Assembly (NCBI GenBank): GCA_963666215.2
Contig: CAXWPL010000004.1
Span: forward strand, 768,001-832,000
From: Acidobacteriota bacterium
Lineage (GTDB): Bacteria > Acidobacteriota > UBA890 > WLXD01
Direction of reading: 5' to 3'
DNA: 64,000 nucleotides
Shown here: piece by piece, positions 39,183-49,673 of the stretch
Position numbering within the stretch: the stretch's first letter is position 1
Layout of the letters: each line of letters begins with the position of its first letter
Translations under genes and position numbers: made by a program
The notes under the pieces: model-generated
What the model was told of the DNA's origin: nothing
The model's input: only the letters and a program-made list of their open reading frames with translations
Databases searched by the model: none

Positions 39183-41276
39183 CTATTCGGTGGGCCGCGC
39201 CTCGTCGACGCGACTGATCTTACCTTTCACCGCCTCGACGAGCTCCTGGACAAAGGGCTCGTTCATCGCCCGCGCAAACAAGTCAACTTGAGCGGCCGAC
39301 TGCGGCTCCGAATCGGGGGCGGCGGTGGAAGCTGCCGCGCCGGCAGCTGCGGGGAGCGACGCAGCGCTCGGCGGTGGTTCGTCGGGCTCGTGCGTATGTG
39401 GCGGAGGCTCCTCGACGTTCGGCATCTCGCTTGCGGTCCCGCCGGCTTCTTCGATCGGTCCGGTCCCTGTGGTCGACATCCCCGCCGGCGGTGTTGATAC
39501 GGCTACCAGAGCTGGCCGCGGGGCTGCTGCTCCGGGCCGAGCCCGCGCACCGTTGGTTGCGGCAGGTACGACCGATGCGCCTTCGACCAACCGAATTCGG
39601 GCCACCGCTCGGCGTCCGAGGATGTCGCTGCTGATGCTCGACAGCAGCTGCAGCACGCCGGGCTCATTGATCTGATCGCTGAAGAAGGCGCCTTGCTTTC
39701 CAAACAGGAAGACAACGGCCTCGGCGGCGAGCTCGATCCCGACGGCGCGGTTCAATGCCCGAGCGATCATTGGGCGCTCTTCGTGCAGTGTGTCCTGGAT
39801 CCGCGCCAGCAGGCTGGTCTCCGGAAGGTGGCTCGGAACCTCGACCACGTCGGTCTCGATTGGCTCGGCAGTGGCCGGAGCTGCCGCCGTTGCGTTCGGA
39901 GGAGGCGGTGAGCTCGCCGGTTGAGTTACCGCGGCCGCGATGTCGGTCGCCGGCGTCGGAGTGGCCACCGCCGCCGCGACGTCGGTTGTCGGCGTCGGAG
40001 TGGCCACCGCAGGCGGGATGTCGGTTGCCGGCGTTGGAGTGGCCACCGCCGGACGCATGGCGTTGCCGGTGGGTGGGGCGCTTCTGGGCTGACCGCCGCC
40101 CGCCACTGGCGTCGCCGAAGGCGTGCCGTCGCCGCCGCCGCGGAGCTCGGCCAGCAGGCGCTCGATGGGTTCGAGCCGCGGAAGTCGCGCCAGCCGCGCC
40201 AGAGCAATCTCCACGTGGTAGCGCGGCCGGTTCGACATCTTGATGCGGTACTCGTTCGCGGCCAGCAGCGAGAACGCACGGTCCAGATCAGCGATCTCGA
40301 AATTCGCGGCCTGTTGCCGCAGCCTTTCCATGTCGCCCTCGGGCAGGTGGAGCAACTCGCCGGCGTTCTCGACGGTGTGCACCACGAGCAGGTTGCGGAT
40401 GTGGCCCATGAGCTCGACGGTAAATCGGTGCAGGTCGACTCCCTGCTCCATCATCTCGTTCACCAGCATCAGAAGGCCTGCAACGTCGCCAGCCGCTACG
40501 AGGTCGGTGGCGCGGTACACGAGCACGCGGTCCACGAGCCCCAACAGCGTGACAACGGTTTCCTCGTCGATCGATTCCCCGGCGAACGCGATCAGCTTGT
40601 CGAGAAGGCTGAGGCTGTCGCGCAGGCTGCCGTCCGCTGCTTCTGCAAGCAGCGCCAGGCTCGCCGCCGAGACGCTGAGCATTTCAGCCTCGGCAACGCG
40701 CGCCAGGTGCTCGCTGATGTCGCGCTGGCTGACGCGCGAAAACGGGTAGTGCTGACAGCGCGACAAGACTGTCGGCAGGATCTTGTTCGGCTCGGTCGTG
40801 GCGAGCATGAAGACGACGTGAGGAGGCGGCTCCTCGAGTGTCTTGAGCAGCGCGTTGAAGGCGCTCGTGGAGAGCATGTGCGCCTCGTCGATGATGAACA
40901 CGCGGTAGCGATCGCGCGAGGGCGCGTAGCGCGTGACCTCGGTGAGCTCGCGGATGTTGTCAACGCCGGTCTGTGAGGCCGCGTCGAGCTCGATGACGTC
41001 GAGGGCGCGGCTCTCGTCAATCTCGATGCACGACTCGCACACGCCGCACGGCTCGGCGCTGGCTTGTTCGCCAGCGCGGCAGTTCAATCCTTTGGCGAGC
41101 AGGCGCGCCGCCGTCGTCTTGCCGACGCCGCGAATTCCCGAGAAGCAGTAGGCGTGAGCGACGCGACCATCACGCAGCGCGTTCGTTAACGTGCGCACGA
41201 CCGCGCGCTGGCCAACCACGTCTTCGAATCGCCGTGGCCGCCACTTGCGGGCCAGAACCTGATAACCGATCGTCAT
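39183..41276 (-). CDS. dnaX: DNA polymerase III subunit gamma/tau
   Basis: YQVLARKWRP, GIRGVGKTT, IIDEAHML, NALLKTLEEPP, SRC. Confidence 0.97.
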   Translation of the reverse strand: MTIGYQVLARKWRPRRFEDVVGQRAVVRTLTNALRDGRVAHAYCFSGIRGVGKTTAARLLAKGLNCRAGEQASAEPCGVCESCIEIDESRALDVIELDAASQTGVDNIRELTEVTRYAPSRDRYRVFIIDEAHMLSTSAFNALLKTLEEPPPHVVFMLATTEPNKILPTVLSRCQHYPFSRVSQRDISEHLARVAEAEMLSVSAASLALLAEAADGSLRDSLSLLDKLIAFAGESIDEETVVTLLGLVDRVLVYRATDLVAAGDVAGLLMLVNEMMEQGVDLHRFTVELMGHIRNLLVVHTVENAGELLHLPEGDMERLRQQAANFEIADLDRAFSLLAANEYRIKMSNRPRYHVEIALARLARLPRLEPIERLLAELRGGGDGTPSATPVAGGGQPRSAPPTGNAMRPAVATPTPATDIPPAVATPTPTTDVAAAVATPTPATDIAAAVTQPASSPPPPNATAAAPATAEPIETDVVEVPSHLPETSLLARIQDTLHEERPMIARALNRAVGIELAAEAVVFLFGKQGAFFSDQINEPGVLQLLSSISSDILGRRAVARIRLVEGASVVPAATNGARARPGAAAPRPALVAVSTPPAGMSTTGTGPIEEAGGTASEMPNVEEPPPHTHEPDEPPPSAASLPAAAGAAASTAAPDSEPQSAAQVDLFARAMNEPFVQELVEAVKGKISRVDEARPTE
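39929..40052 (-). repeat. 3 x 39-bp tandem repeat in the dnaX linker (AVATPTPATDI..)
   Basis: GGAGTGGCCACCG at 39958, 39997 and 40036. Confidence 0.85.
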
Positions 41277-41324
41277 ATACGGGTAAATATCGGAAATTAA
41301 GGGAAATGGGTCGAGCGAAGAGAC

Positions 41325-41436
41325 GGGACGAACACCGGGTGATCCTGCGGCACCTGCAGGCTCCCGTTTAGCGCTGCTCCCTTCCGGGTCTGACGCGGTT
41401 CACAGGGCTGCACCGCACAGGGCCCGGTGTCGCCCC
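41325..41436 (-). ncRNA. ffs: Signal recognition particle 4.5S RNA
   Basis: GTGAACCGCGTCAGACCCGGAAGGGAGCAGC helix-8 motif; long hairpin upstream of dnaX. Confidence 0.93.
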
Positions 41437-41439
41437 GAA

Positions 41440-41531
<92 letters not shown>

Positions 41532-41599
41532 CCAAACAGTCGAGCGAGCATCCTAGCAGGCGGACAGGGGGCGAGAACGCCCTCTCCGTCTCAGTCTAG

Positions 41600-43142
41600 G
41601 AGTCTGTCCGAGTATTCGGTGAGTTCGGCGTAAACTGGCGCTTGGTTGTGGGAAATGCCCTGAACAAGAGCAGGGGGAGAGCGTGGCCAAGACGTTTCGA
41701 GCCTACGAGCCGGACCAATTGTTGCTGATGCCGCCATCGCTGCGGGAGTGGCTGCCGGACGATCACCTGGCGTACTTCGTGTCGGACTTGGTCGGACGGC
41801 TGGAGCTCAGCGAGATCCTCGACAGCTACGAGGACAAGGCCGGCTACCCACCGTATCACCCGGTGATGATGACCAAGCTGCTGCTGTACGGCTACGCGGT
41901 CGGGGTGCGCAGCGCGCGGAAGCTGCAGCAGGCGACGCGAGAGAATGTCGGGTTCCGGGTGCTGTGTGCGGGCAACGAACCGGACTTCCGAACGATCGCA
42001 GCGTTTCGTGCCAGGCACCTCGAGGCGATGGAAGGACTGTTCCAGCAGGTGTTGACGATCTGCGCGCAAGCGGGGATGGCGAAGCTGGGCTACGTGGCGG
42101 TGGACGGCACGAAGATCAAGGCTAACGCCTCCAAGCACAAGGCGATGAGCTACGGGCGGATGAAAAGGGAGCGCAAGCGGCTGCGCACCGAGATCCGTAC
42201 GTACCTGCAAGAATGCGTCGCCCTGGACGAAGCCGAAGATGCGCGCTACGGCGCCGACAAGCGCGGAGACGAGCTACCTGAGGAGCTGGCCGACCCGGCC
42301 AAGAGGTTGGATGCGATCGAGCGGGCGATGGCGGCGCTGGAGCAACAAGCTACGGAGAAAGCCGAGCAGAAGGGCAAGGAGCCCAGCAAGCCGAAGGACA
42401 ACGCGCAGTACAACTTCACGGATCCCGACAGTCGGATCATGAAGTCGGCGGACCGCGCCTACATCCAGGCGTACAACGCCCAGGCAGCGGTCGACGAGCA
42501 GCACCAGATCGTCGTGGCGGCCGAGGTCACCCAGCAAGCCAACGACAAAGGGTGGCTGGTGCCGATGGTGCACCAGGTGGTTGACCGATTGGAGCTGGTG
42601 CCCGAGCAGGTCAGCGCAGACGCGGGGTACTGGGTGGAGCGAGATGTGGAGCGGCTCGAGTGGTACGACATCGAGGCGCTGGTGGCGCCCAAGAAGCTGA
42701 GGCACAGCGATTGGCGCAAGCCACCGACAGCGGAGGGACCGCCCCCGGAGGGGCTGACCACGAAGCAGCGCATGGAGCATGTGCTGAACACGGAAGAGGG
42801 CCGCAGAAAGATGATGCGGCGCTGGGTCACCGTCGAGCCGGTGTTCGGCCAGATCAAGAGGGCAATGGGGTTCCGGGAGTTCTCCATGCGGGGGACCGGG
42901 AAGGCTCAGGGCGAGTGGAAGCTCGTGTGTACGGCCCACAATCTGCTGAAGTTGTTCCGCAACGGAGTGAGCATGGCGCCGCGGCCCTCCGGGGAACTAC
43001 TCCACAGCGCCGCAGCCGCTTGAAAGTGCCGTCGCGCCAGCTCGGCTATGCCGTCGTAGGGCGCCAATCTCTACGACATCTCCGTCTTCGCCAACTCGCC
43101 GCTTCGACCCACCTTGCGTCTATCCGATACCCGGACGGAATC
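41600..43142 (+). mobile_element. IS1182-family insertion sequence
   Basis: Imperfect IRs GAGTCTGTCCGAGTATTCGG and (reverse complement) GATTCCGTCCGGGTATCGG, with (C)TAG flanks. Confidence 0.85.
41683..43023 (+). CDS. IS1182-family transposase
   Basis: LLMPPSLREWLPDDHL, PDFRTIAAFR, VDGTKIKANAS, TDPDSRIM, ADAGY, VEPVFGQIK. Confidence 0.95.
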   Translation: MAKTFRAYEPDQLLLMPPSLREWLPDDHLAYFVSDLVGRLELSEILDSYEDKAGYPPYHPVMMTKLLLYGYAVGVRSARKLQQATRENVGFRVLCAGNEPDFRTIAAFRARHLEAMEGLFQQVLTICAQAGMAKLGYVAVDGTKIKANASKHKAMSYGRMKRERKRLRTEIRTYLQECVALDEAEDARYGADKRGDELPEELADPAKRLDAIERAMAALEQQATEKAEQKGKEPSKPKDNAQYNFTDPDSRIMKSADRAYIQAYNAQAAVDEQHQIVVAAEVTQQANDKGWLVPMVHQVVDRLELVPEQVSADAGYWVERDVERLEWYDIEALVAPKKLRHSDWRKPPTAEGPPPEGLTTKQRMEHVLNTEEGRRKMMRRWVTVEPVFGQIKRAMGFREFSMRGTGKAQGEWKLVCTAHNLLKLFRNGVSMAPRPSGELLHSAAAA

Positions 43143-43145
43143 TAG

Positions 43146-44470
43146 CAGGCTGCTGAAAAACGGCTCACGAGTGTCGATCCGGTCCCCGAGCGGCAGCGTG
43201 GAGTAGGCATGGCGCGCACCGTTGAAGGGGGGCGATCGCAAACGACCCTTCGCTCGTCACCTCGAGAGGCGGTTTGGCGCTCCCGGGTCCCACTACCTTC
43301 ACGTCAGCGCCTCGAGATTGCGCATTCTCACCAAGGTGAACGCTGCCGCGGTGAAGACGAACATCCAGCCGACGCGGTCGACCCCTCGGTGCTTCGTCTT
43401 GCGGATCAGTCCTACTGTCTTGCCCCAGCCAAAGACCTGCTCGACGAGCTTGCGTTTGACCTGGCTTTGCTTGTACCCGGCGTGCCTCGTGGTGCGGCCA
43501 TCGATCGCGCTGCGTCTGTTGGTGTCGTTCTGCGCCACATACGGCGTTACGTTCCGATCTCTCAGCTTGCCGACGCACTCCTTGGTGTCGTAGTTCTTGT
43601 CGCCACCCATAGTCACGCGATCTGTCCCGGGGATCTCGCCGGCCATCGCCACTGCCGCATCTCGTTCCGCTGTGCCTGAAGCCTTCGTTACCATCGCGTT
43701 GGTCGGCAGCCCGTGGCGGTTGTCGACTACCAGGTGGCCCATGTAGCAGAGCTTCGCCTCGGATCCCTTGCTCTTCCTATACAGGCGGGCGTCAGGATCG
43801 GTTCTCGAGGCGTGTGTATCGCTCTTGCGCCGCTGTTTGCGGAAATCGACGTCCGGGTTCCGGCCGCCACCACTGGGTGGATCCTGCCGCCCGCTCGGGT
43901 CTTTGGGCTGGTAGCTCTTGTGCGATGCCCACGCTTCGATCAGCGTTCCATCAACGGTGAAGTGCTCGTCCGATAGCAGTCCGCGCCTGCGCGCTTGCTC
44001 CACGACTTGCTCGAAGAACACTTCGGCGACCTCACCACCGAGCACCCGGTCTCGGTTCTTGGTGAACACCGTCGCATCCCACACCGCATCGTCCATGTTC
44101 AAGCCCACGAACCAGCGGAATAGCAGGTTGTAGTCGAGCTGCTCCATCAGCATGCGCTCGGAGCGGATCGTATACAGCACCTGCAGCAGCAATGCCCGCA
44201 ACAGCTTCTCCGGCGGGATCGACGGCCGCCCCGTGTGCGAGTACATGCCGGCGAACAGTGGCGACATCTGTTCCAGCACGTTGTTGACGATCTTCAGCAG
44301 CCGCCGCAGCGGATGGTCCTTCGGTACCCTCTGCTCGGGCGAGATATAGCTGAACGCTGCCACTTGACCCGCGTCTTCACCACGCATCTGCTCACCTCGT
44401 CGATGCTTCCGGTTGGCACGGGGCTGCATGGGTCAAGCTACATGAACGCTAGGAGTTTTTCAGCAGCCTG
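43146..44470 (-). mobile_element. IS5-family insertion sequence
   Basis: Perfect IR CAGGCTGCTGAAAAA...TTTTTCAGCAGCCTG; CTAG duplication at 43142-43145 and 44471-44474. Confidence 0.93.
43299..44387 (-). CDS. IS5-family transposase
   Basis: MRGED, GRPSIPPEKLLRALLLQ, VDGTLIEAWAS, GDKNYD, RKLVEQVFGWGK. Confidence 0.95.
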   Translation of the reverse strand: MRGEDAGQVAAFSYISPEQRVPKDHPLRRLLKIVNNVLEQMSPLFAGMYSHTGRPSIPPEKLLRALLLQVLYTIRSERMLMEQLDYNLLFRWFVGLNMDDAVWDATVFTKNRDRVLGGEVAEVFFEQVVEQARRRGLLSDEHFTVDGTLIEAWASHKSYQPKDPSGRQDPPSGGGRNPDVDFRKQRRKSDTHASRTDPDARLYRKSKGSEAKLCYMGHLVVDNRHGLPTNAMVTKASGTAERDAAVAMAGEIPGTDRVTMGGDKNYDTKECVGKLRDRNVTPYVAQNDTNRRSAIDGRTTRHAGYKQSQVKRKLVEQVFGWGKTVGLIRKTKHRGVDRVGWMFVFTAAAFTLVRMRNLEALT

Positions 44471-44483
44471 CTAGAAAACACAG

Positions 44484-45455
44484 CTAGTCATTCTTCGAAT
44501 CAGAGAAATGGTCGCCGGCGCGCCTTGGCGCGTAGGGTCCGACCATCCGCACCTTCGCTTTGGCGCCGCCAAGCCACCACGCCGTCTCGCCGAAGGTGCT
44601 GCCGTGCGTCACCACGAGTCGCCAGCACTTCGACAACACGAGCAGATCGACGAAGGCGTGCCGAAGCGCGACGGGGTCACTCCGATCTCGGCTGATTCCT
44701 TCGCAGACGGCAACCCGGGGGAAGGCTGATTTGACCAGCGGCACCACGTTCACGTCGTCCGTTGCGAGAAACACCTGCACGTCGGTGTCACTCTCGACAT
44801 CCAGCCGTGCGGCCTGGATCAGCTCCTCGGGCGAGACGTAGAAGTTCGCCTGTTTGCCGAAGTCACCCTGGCGAATATGGAGCCCCACGACCTTCGGTGC
44901 GAGCTCAGAAGCGAACTCCTCCGTTGCATCGACGATCGCCGGATGGGGGCGCAGTCGCGCGAAATAGGGAACATAGGTCTCCACGAGCTTCGCCGGCGTG
45001 TGGTCGTACATCCCGTCGATGAACTGGTTTGTGCGCAGGTCGCGGAACCAATGAGAGTTTTTCCGGATATTCGGTAGCGGGTAGGGGTTGTCGAGCGGAA
45101 CCTCTTCAGGCCGAACCCACAGCCGCCAATCGCTGGGATAGGTGTCGGCTCGCAGGGTCCAAGGCCGGTTTTCGAGCTCGATGAACTCATTAACCAGAAC
45201 GTCACTCAGCGGTGCCATGCAGTGGGCGTTCTTGGCCCAGTGGACTGCAAGGCGCTTGTCGTAGACGTCAGCCACCCGCATCGCCGAGACGACAAACTTC
45301 AGTCGATTGCTCAGACCTCCGCCCGCTGACGCATCAAGACGGCCGCCTTTTCTGGGGCGGCACCCATGCACCGACAGGCGTCGGCGCACTTCCCTGCCTG
45401 CCGCGACGAGCGCGGACGGCGACCTTCGGGCGAGCGATGCGATCCAGGAAGGCAT
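44484..45455 (-). CDS. GT-B fucosyltransferase-like protein (NodZ/O-FucT/GT11-like); start uncertain
   Basis: GGLSNRL, VGLHIRQGDF, VFLATDD, AFVDLLVLSKC..V.THGSTF. Confidence 0.7.
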   Translation of the reverse strand: MPSWIASLARRSPSALVAAGREVRRRLSVHGCRPRKGGRLDASAGGGLSNRLKFVVSAMRVADVYDKRLAVHWAKNAHCMAPLSDVLVNEFIELENRPWTLRADTYPSDWRLWVRPEEVPLDNPYPLPNIRKNSHWFRDLRTNQFIDGMYDHTPAKLVETYVPYFARLRPHPAIVDATEEFASELAPKVVGLHIRQGDFGKQANFYVSPEELIQAARLDVESDTDVQVFLATDDVNVVPLVKSAFPRVAVCEGISRDRSDPVALRHAFVDLLVLSKCWRLVVTHGSTFGETAWWLGGAKAKVRMVGPYAPRRAGDHFSDSKND

Positions 45456-45584
45456 GGAGGAGCAGCGTACGCGCCGCTTCCGGGCGCCGACAACCGCGCG
45501 AGCGTCTCGCAATGGGCCGACGGCGCAAGCACGCAGCGAGAGGAGCAGTTGGCAGACGCCGGCGGCGGCGAGTACCTTCGACGT

Positions 45585-46739
45585 GTGACCAACCCACTTC
45601 TGGCCCATCGGCGCGAGTACATGTTGTGGGGCGCTGCCGCGTTGGCGCTGGCGCTCCTGCTGTACGGCTTCTACCTCGTATTCTCGCCGTTCTTCAAGGC
45701 GATTGCCTGGGCGATCATCCTGGCGATCCTGCTGACGCCGGTGCACACTTACCTGCGCCGGTGGGTGCCGAAACGTGGCCCACGGGCACTGCTAACGTGC
45801 CTGATCGCTGCTCTGGTTCTCGTCGGCCCAACGCTGACGCTCGGCACGATCTTGGTGGGCGAGCTCGTCGAGTCGTTCGACCACTGGCAGGAGCAAGCTC
45901 GGCTCGGCGCCATCCGCGAGTGGGACCCAACCAACTGGCGTCCCGTGGTCTGGCTTCGCGACACGTTGGAGACCTATCTGGCGCCCTATCTCCCCGAGAG
46001 CGACCTCGACCGCTACTTGAATCTCGACCAGGTCGATCTCGAGTCAACAGTGGCGTCGGCCGCCCAGCGCCTTTCGCAGTTCCTGCTGAGCACTTCGCGC
46101 GGCGCTTTGAGCAACCTCGCGACCCTCGCCTTCACCCTCGTCGTCACCTGGCTGACCTTGTACTACCTGCTCAAGGACGGCGAGCTGTTCGTGCAGCGGC
46201 TTCTCGAGATCGCGCCGTACCCGGACGATCGCAAGGAAGCCATGCTGCACCAGCTCAGCGGTGTGATCACCAGCAGCGTCTACGGCGGGCTTGCCGTTGC
46301 TGCTACACAGGGTCTGCTCGGCGGCATCGCCTTCGCTGTGCTGGGACTCCCGTCGCCGGTGATGTGGGGCGTCGTGATGACGATCCTCGCGTTCGTCCCG
46401 CTGCTCGGCGCGTTCGTTGTGTGGGCGCCGGCGACGATCGTGCTGCTCGGCCAAGGTCGCTGGATTGCGGCGTTGCTGCTGCTGCTGTGGGGCGTGCTGG
46501 TGGTCGGTCTCGTCGACAACCTACTGCGGCCGATGCTGATCTCAGGGAGCACGAGCATGCACCCGTTGCTCATCTTCATGGCGGTTCTCGGCGGGATCCA
46601 GGCGTTTGGCTTTCTCGGACTCTTCATCGGACCGGTTCTGGTAGCGATTGTTACCGCGGTGCTCGATCTGTATCGCGGGGTTGTTCGGGGTGACTACGGC
46701 GAGTTGGGACGGGCCGCTGCGAGTGCCGACCCGGGGTGA
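45585..46739 (+). CDS. AI-2E family transporter
   Basis: FSPFFKAIAWAIILA, FVPLLGA..VWAP, VDNLLRP, HPLLIF..VLGG..FGFLGLFIGP. Confidence 0.92.
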   Translation: MTNPLLAHRREYMLWGAAALALALLLYGFYLVFSPFFKAIAWAIILAILLTPVHTYLRRWVPKRGPRALLTCLIAALVLVGPTLTLGTILVGELVESFDHWQEQARLGAIREWDPTNWRPVVWLRDTLETYLAPYLPESDLDRYLNLDQVDLESTVASAAQRLSQFLLSTSRGALSNLATLAFTLVVTWLTLYYLLKDGELFVQRLLEIAPYPDDRKEAMLHQLSGVITSSVYGGLAVAATQGLLGGIAFAVLGLPSPVMWGVVMTILAFVPLLGAFVVWAPATIVLLGQGRWIAALLLLLWGVLVVGLVDNLLRPMLISGSTSMHPLLIFMAVLGGIQAFGFLGLFIGPVLVAIVTAVLDLYRGVVRGDYGELGRAAASADPG

Positions 46740-46875
46740 ATCCGCGCTAGCGCAGGGCAGTAGATCCTCGGTGTAGCAGGTCTGCTGAGACCATCTCCTG
46801 CCGCGCCGCGATGCGAGCGGCGAGGCTGTTTGCTGCTCCGCCGAAGGCTAAATTGGGCGGTGTACACTCCGGCGC

Positions 46876-48669
46876 ATGACGGGCGAAATTCTTATCGTCC
46901 TGGCCGTCCTGATCGGCGCCCTGGCGCTCTGGCTCACCGAGTGGCTGCCGATCGATCTCGTCGCGCTGTGTATCCCGATCGTCTTCATTCTCACCGGGAT
47001 TCTCGAGCCAGGCGAGGCTACGGCCGGGTTCGCGAGCACCGCGTTGCTCACTGTCGGGGCGATCTTTGTCGTCTCGGCTGGCCTGACGCGCACCGGCGTC
47101 ATCACCTTCGTCGGCGACAAGATCATCCACTTCGCGCGCGGCGACGATCGACGGCTGCTGCTCACCGTCATGGTGACGATGGCGGCGTTCTCGGGCTTCA
47201 TCAACAACACAGCCGTCGTGGCGATGTTCTTGCCGATCATGCTGAAGGTGGCGCGGGAATTCGACATGCCGCCGTCGAAGCTGCTCATTCCGCTGTCGTT
47301 CGCGTCGATCTTGGGGGGCACGCTGAGCCTGATCGGTACCTCCACCAACATCCTTGTCCACAGCCTCATGGTGGACCACGGGCTACGCGGGCTCGGGATG
47401 TTCGAGTTCACGCCCGTGGGCTCGATCTACGCCGTCGTTGGCATTGCCTACCTCTACTTCATCGGCAGCAAGCTGCTACCCGACCGCGGCACCGTGACGT
47501 CGTACCTGTCCGGGCAACGAGGCGCCACCGAGTACATGACCGAGGTTCAGGTCCCGGTGGGCTCTGCTCTGGTGGGCCGGTCTGTCGAGGAGGCGCTGGG
47601 CAAGGCTCACTCGGAAATTCGATTGCTGCAGATCATCCGTGGCGAGATCGTCTTCTGGCCGCCGCTCGACCAGGTGACGATCGAGGCAGACGATGTTTTT
47701 CTCCTGAAGGGCGACGTCAACGAGCTGTTGGCGCTCTACAAGCGAGAGGGCCTCGAGCTTCTGCCCGGCCTCAAGGCCGACGCGGCGCGCTACGCCGTCA
47801 AGGACATGGCCCTGGCCGAGGTCGTTATTACGCCCAACTCGCCGCTGATCGGTCGATCGCTTCGCGACGTCCAGTTCCGCCAGCACTACGGCGCCTCCGT
47901 GATGGCTCTGCAGCGTCACGGCGAGCACCTGCGGGATGAGCTACCCACCATCCGTCTGCGGGTTGGCGACGTCCTGCTGGTGATGGCCGACCGCACCGAA
48001 CTCGCTCGCTTGATGACCTTCGACGAGTTTCTCGTGCTCGACGCGGTTCAGGAGGTCGTTGTACGCGGCGACAAGGCTCCCTTCGCTTTGGCGTTGGTGC
48101 TCGGGCTGGTTGTCGCCGCCAGCCTGACCTCAGTGCCAATCCTGGTCCTCGCCATGGCCGCCGCAGTGCTGATGGTGCTCACCGGCTGTCTGACGATGCG
48201 CCACGCCTACGCCTCGCTTGATCTCTCCGTGCTGGTGCTCATCGGTGGAGCGATCTCGCTCGGCAAAGCGATGGACGTCACCGGCGCCGCAGAGCTCATC
48301 GCCACGCAGGTTGTGGGGGCGTTTGGTCCCTTCGGGCCCCAGGCAGTGCTGTCGTCTGTTTACCTGCTGACGGTGCTTTTTACCGAGCTGATGTCGAACA
48401 ACGCCGCCGCCGCGCTGATGATTCCGATCGCCTTGAGCATTGCCAACGGCCTCGGCGTCGACCCACGACCCTTCGCGATTGCGGTCGCGTTTGCTGGATC
48501 GGCGGCGTTTTCGACGCCAATCGGGTACCAAACCAACACGTTGGTCTACGGTCCCGGAGGCTACAAATTCCTCGACTACACGCGCATTGGGGTGCCACTC
48601 AACCTGATTCTATGGCTGCTGGCAACGCTGCTGATCCCGCTCTGGTGGCCACTCGTGCCCGTGGGCTAG
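46876..48669 (+). CDS. SLC13/DASS permease with TrkA-C domains (second paralog)
   Basis: GFINNTAVV, GGTLSLIGTSTN, TPIGYQTNTLVYGPGGYKF. Confidence 0.93.
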   Translation: MTGEILIVLAVLIGALALWLTEWLPIDLVALCIPIVFILTGILEPGEATAGFASTALLTVGAIFVVSAGLTRTGVITFVGDKIIHFARGDDRRLLLTVMVTMAAFSGFINNTAVVAMFLPIMLKVAREFDMPPSKLLIPLSFASILGGTLSLIGTSTNILVHSLMVDHGLRGLGMFEFTPVGSIYAVVGIAYLYFIGSKLLPDRGTVTSYLSGQRGATEYMTEVQVPVGSALVGRSVEEALGKAHSEIRLLQIIRGEIVFWPPLDQVTIEADDVFLLKGDVNELLALYKREGLELLPGLKADAARYAVKDMALAEVVITPNSPLIGRSLRDVQFRQHYGASVMALQRHGEHLRDELPTIRLRVGDVLLVMADRTELARLMTFDEFLVLDAVQEVVVRGDKAPFALALVLGLVVAASLTSVPILVLAMAAAVLMVLTGCLTMRHAYASLDLSVLVLIGGAISLGKAMDVTGAAELIATQVVGAFGPFGPQAVLSSVYLLTVLFTELMSNNAAAALMIPIALSIANGLGVDPRPFAIAVAFAGSAAFSTPIGYQTNTLVYGPGGYKFLDYTRIGVPLNLILWLLATLLIPLWWPLVPVG

Positions 48670-48890
48670 AAGGCCTCGCGGAAGTGTGGCGCGCCCTACG
48701 ACAGCGCCGCGCGAGGGCGCACGTGTCCCGAGCTCGCTCGGCGAGCTTTGAAGGTCGCTATACTTCTCATGGTCGCGGCCAGATGGTTCGATCGTATCCG
48801 CAGGGTTACCGCAGAATCCGATGTGCTAACTCCGATCCTCCCGCCAAGGCCGCTCGGCCGGGCCCGAAGGACCGTCACAAGAAGTCGTCG

Positions 48891-49673
48891 ATGAGGATCC
48901 ACCGCTCAACCACCATTTGCGCTTCATCCCTGCTCGCGGTCGCGCTTGCGGCCGTGCCGCTTACCGCCGCGCAGGAAACCCTCGCCGCCACGATCAACAT
49001 TGAATCGAGCGAGGGCTCCTTCGACATGACGTTCACCAGCGGCGGCGACGTGTCGAGAATGGACATCAAACAGCCCGAAAACGAGATGTCGATTCTCATG
49101 TCGGTTGTCTCGATGACCATGATCATGCATGCCCAAAAAACCTACATGGAATGGACCAAGGAGATGATGGACCGTATGCAGGCGATGATGGGGGGCATGG
49201 GCAACATGCCCGGCAGGCCGGGTGGACGAGGCGGTGAGACTGCCGACACTTTCGATCCCAGCCAGATCGTCTTCGAGCGCACCGGAAACACCGACACGAT
49301 CAACGGGCACTCGGCGTTCGAAGTCGCCTATAGCGACGACCAAGGGCGCGAGGGCTCACTCTGGATGACCGACGATATCCAGATCGGTCTGATGGAAGCG
49401 ATGCTGCAGGTATCCACGGTAATGATCGACAATCCGATGATGAACATGGGGCGCATGGGTGGACGCGGCGGCTCGAACCCGATGAGCAACATTCGCTCGC
49501 AACTGGCGCTGGCGCGCGCTCAGGGACTCCCGGAGGGCAAGGTGATCCGCATCGTCGACCCGGCGGGCGGTACCGTGATGACACTCGCCGGCGTCGGTGC
49601 TCCCGCTGCCGGCTGGGACAAGGTCCCGGCGGGGTACGAGCGTCAGCAGATGCCCTTCGGGCGCCAAGACTGA
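48891..49673 (+). CDS. Secreted Met-rich protein, DUF4412-like
   Basis: Signal peptide; FERTGNTDTINGH..LW; C-terminal VPAGYER. Confidence 0.65.
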   Translation: MRIHRSTTICASSLLAVALAAVPLTAAQETLAATINIESSEGSFDMTFTSGGDVSRMDIKQPENEMSILMSVVSMTMIMHAQKTYMEWTKEMMDRMQAMMGGMGNMPGRPGGRGGETADTFDPSQIVFERTGNTDTINGHSAFEVAYSDDQGREGSLWMTDDIQIGLMEAMLQVSTVMIDNPMMNMGRMGGRGGSNPMSNIRSQLALARAQGLPEGKVIRIVDPAGGTVMTLAGVGAPAAGWDKVPAGYERQQMPFGRQD

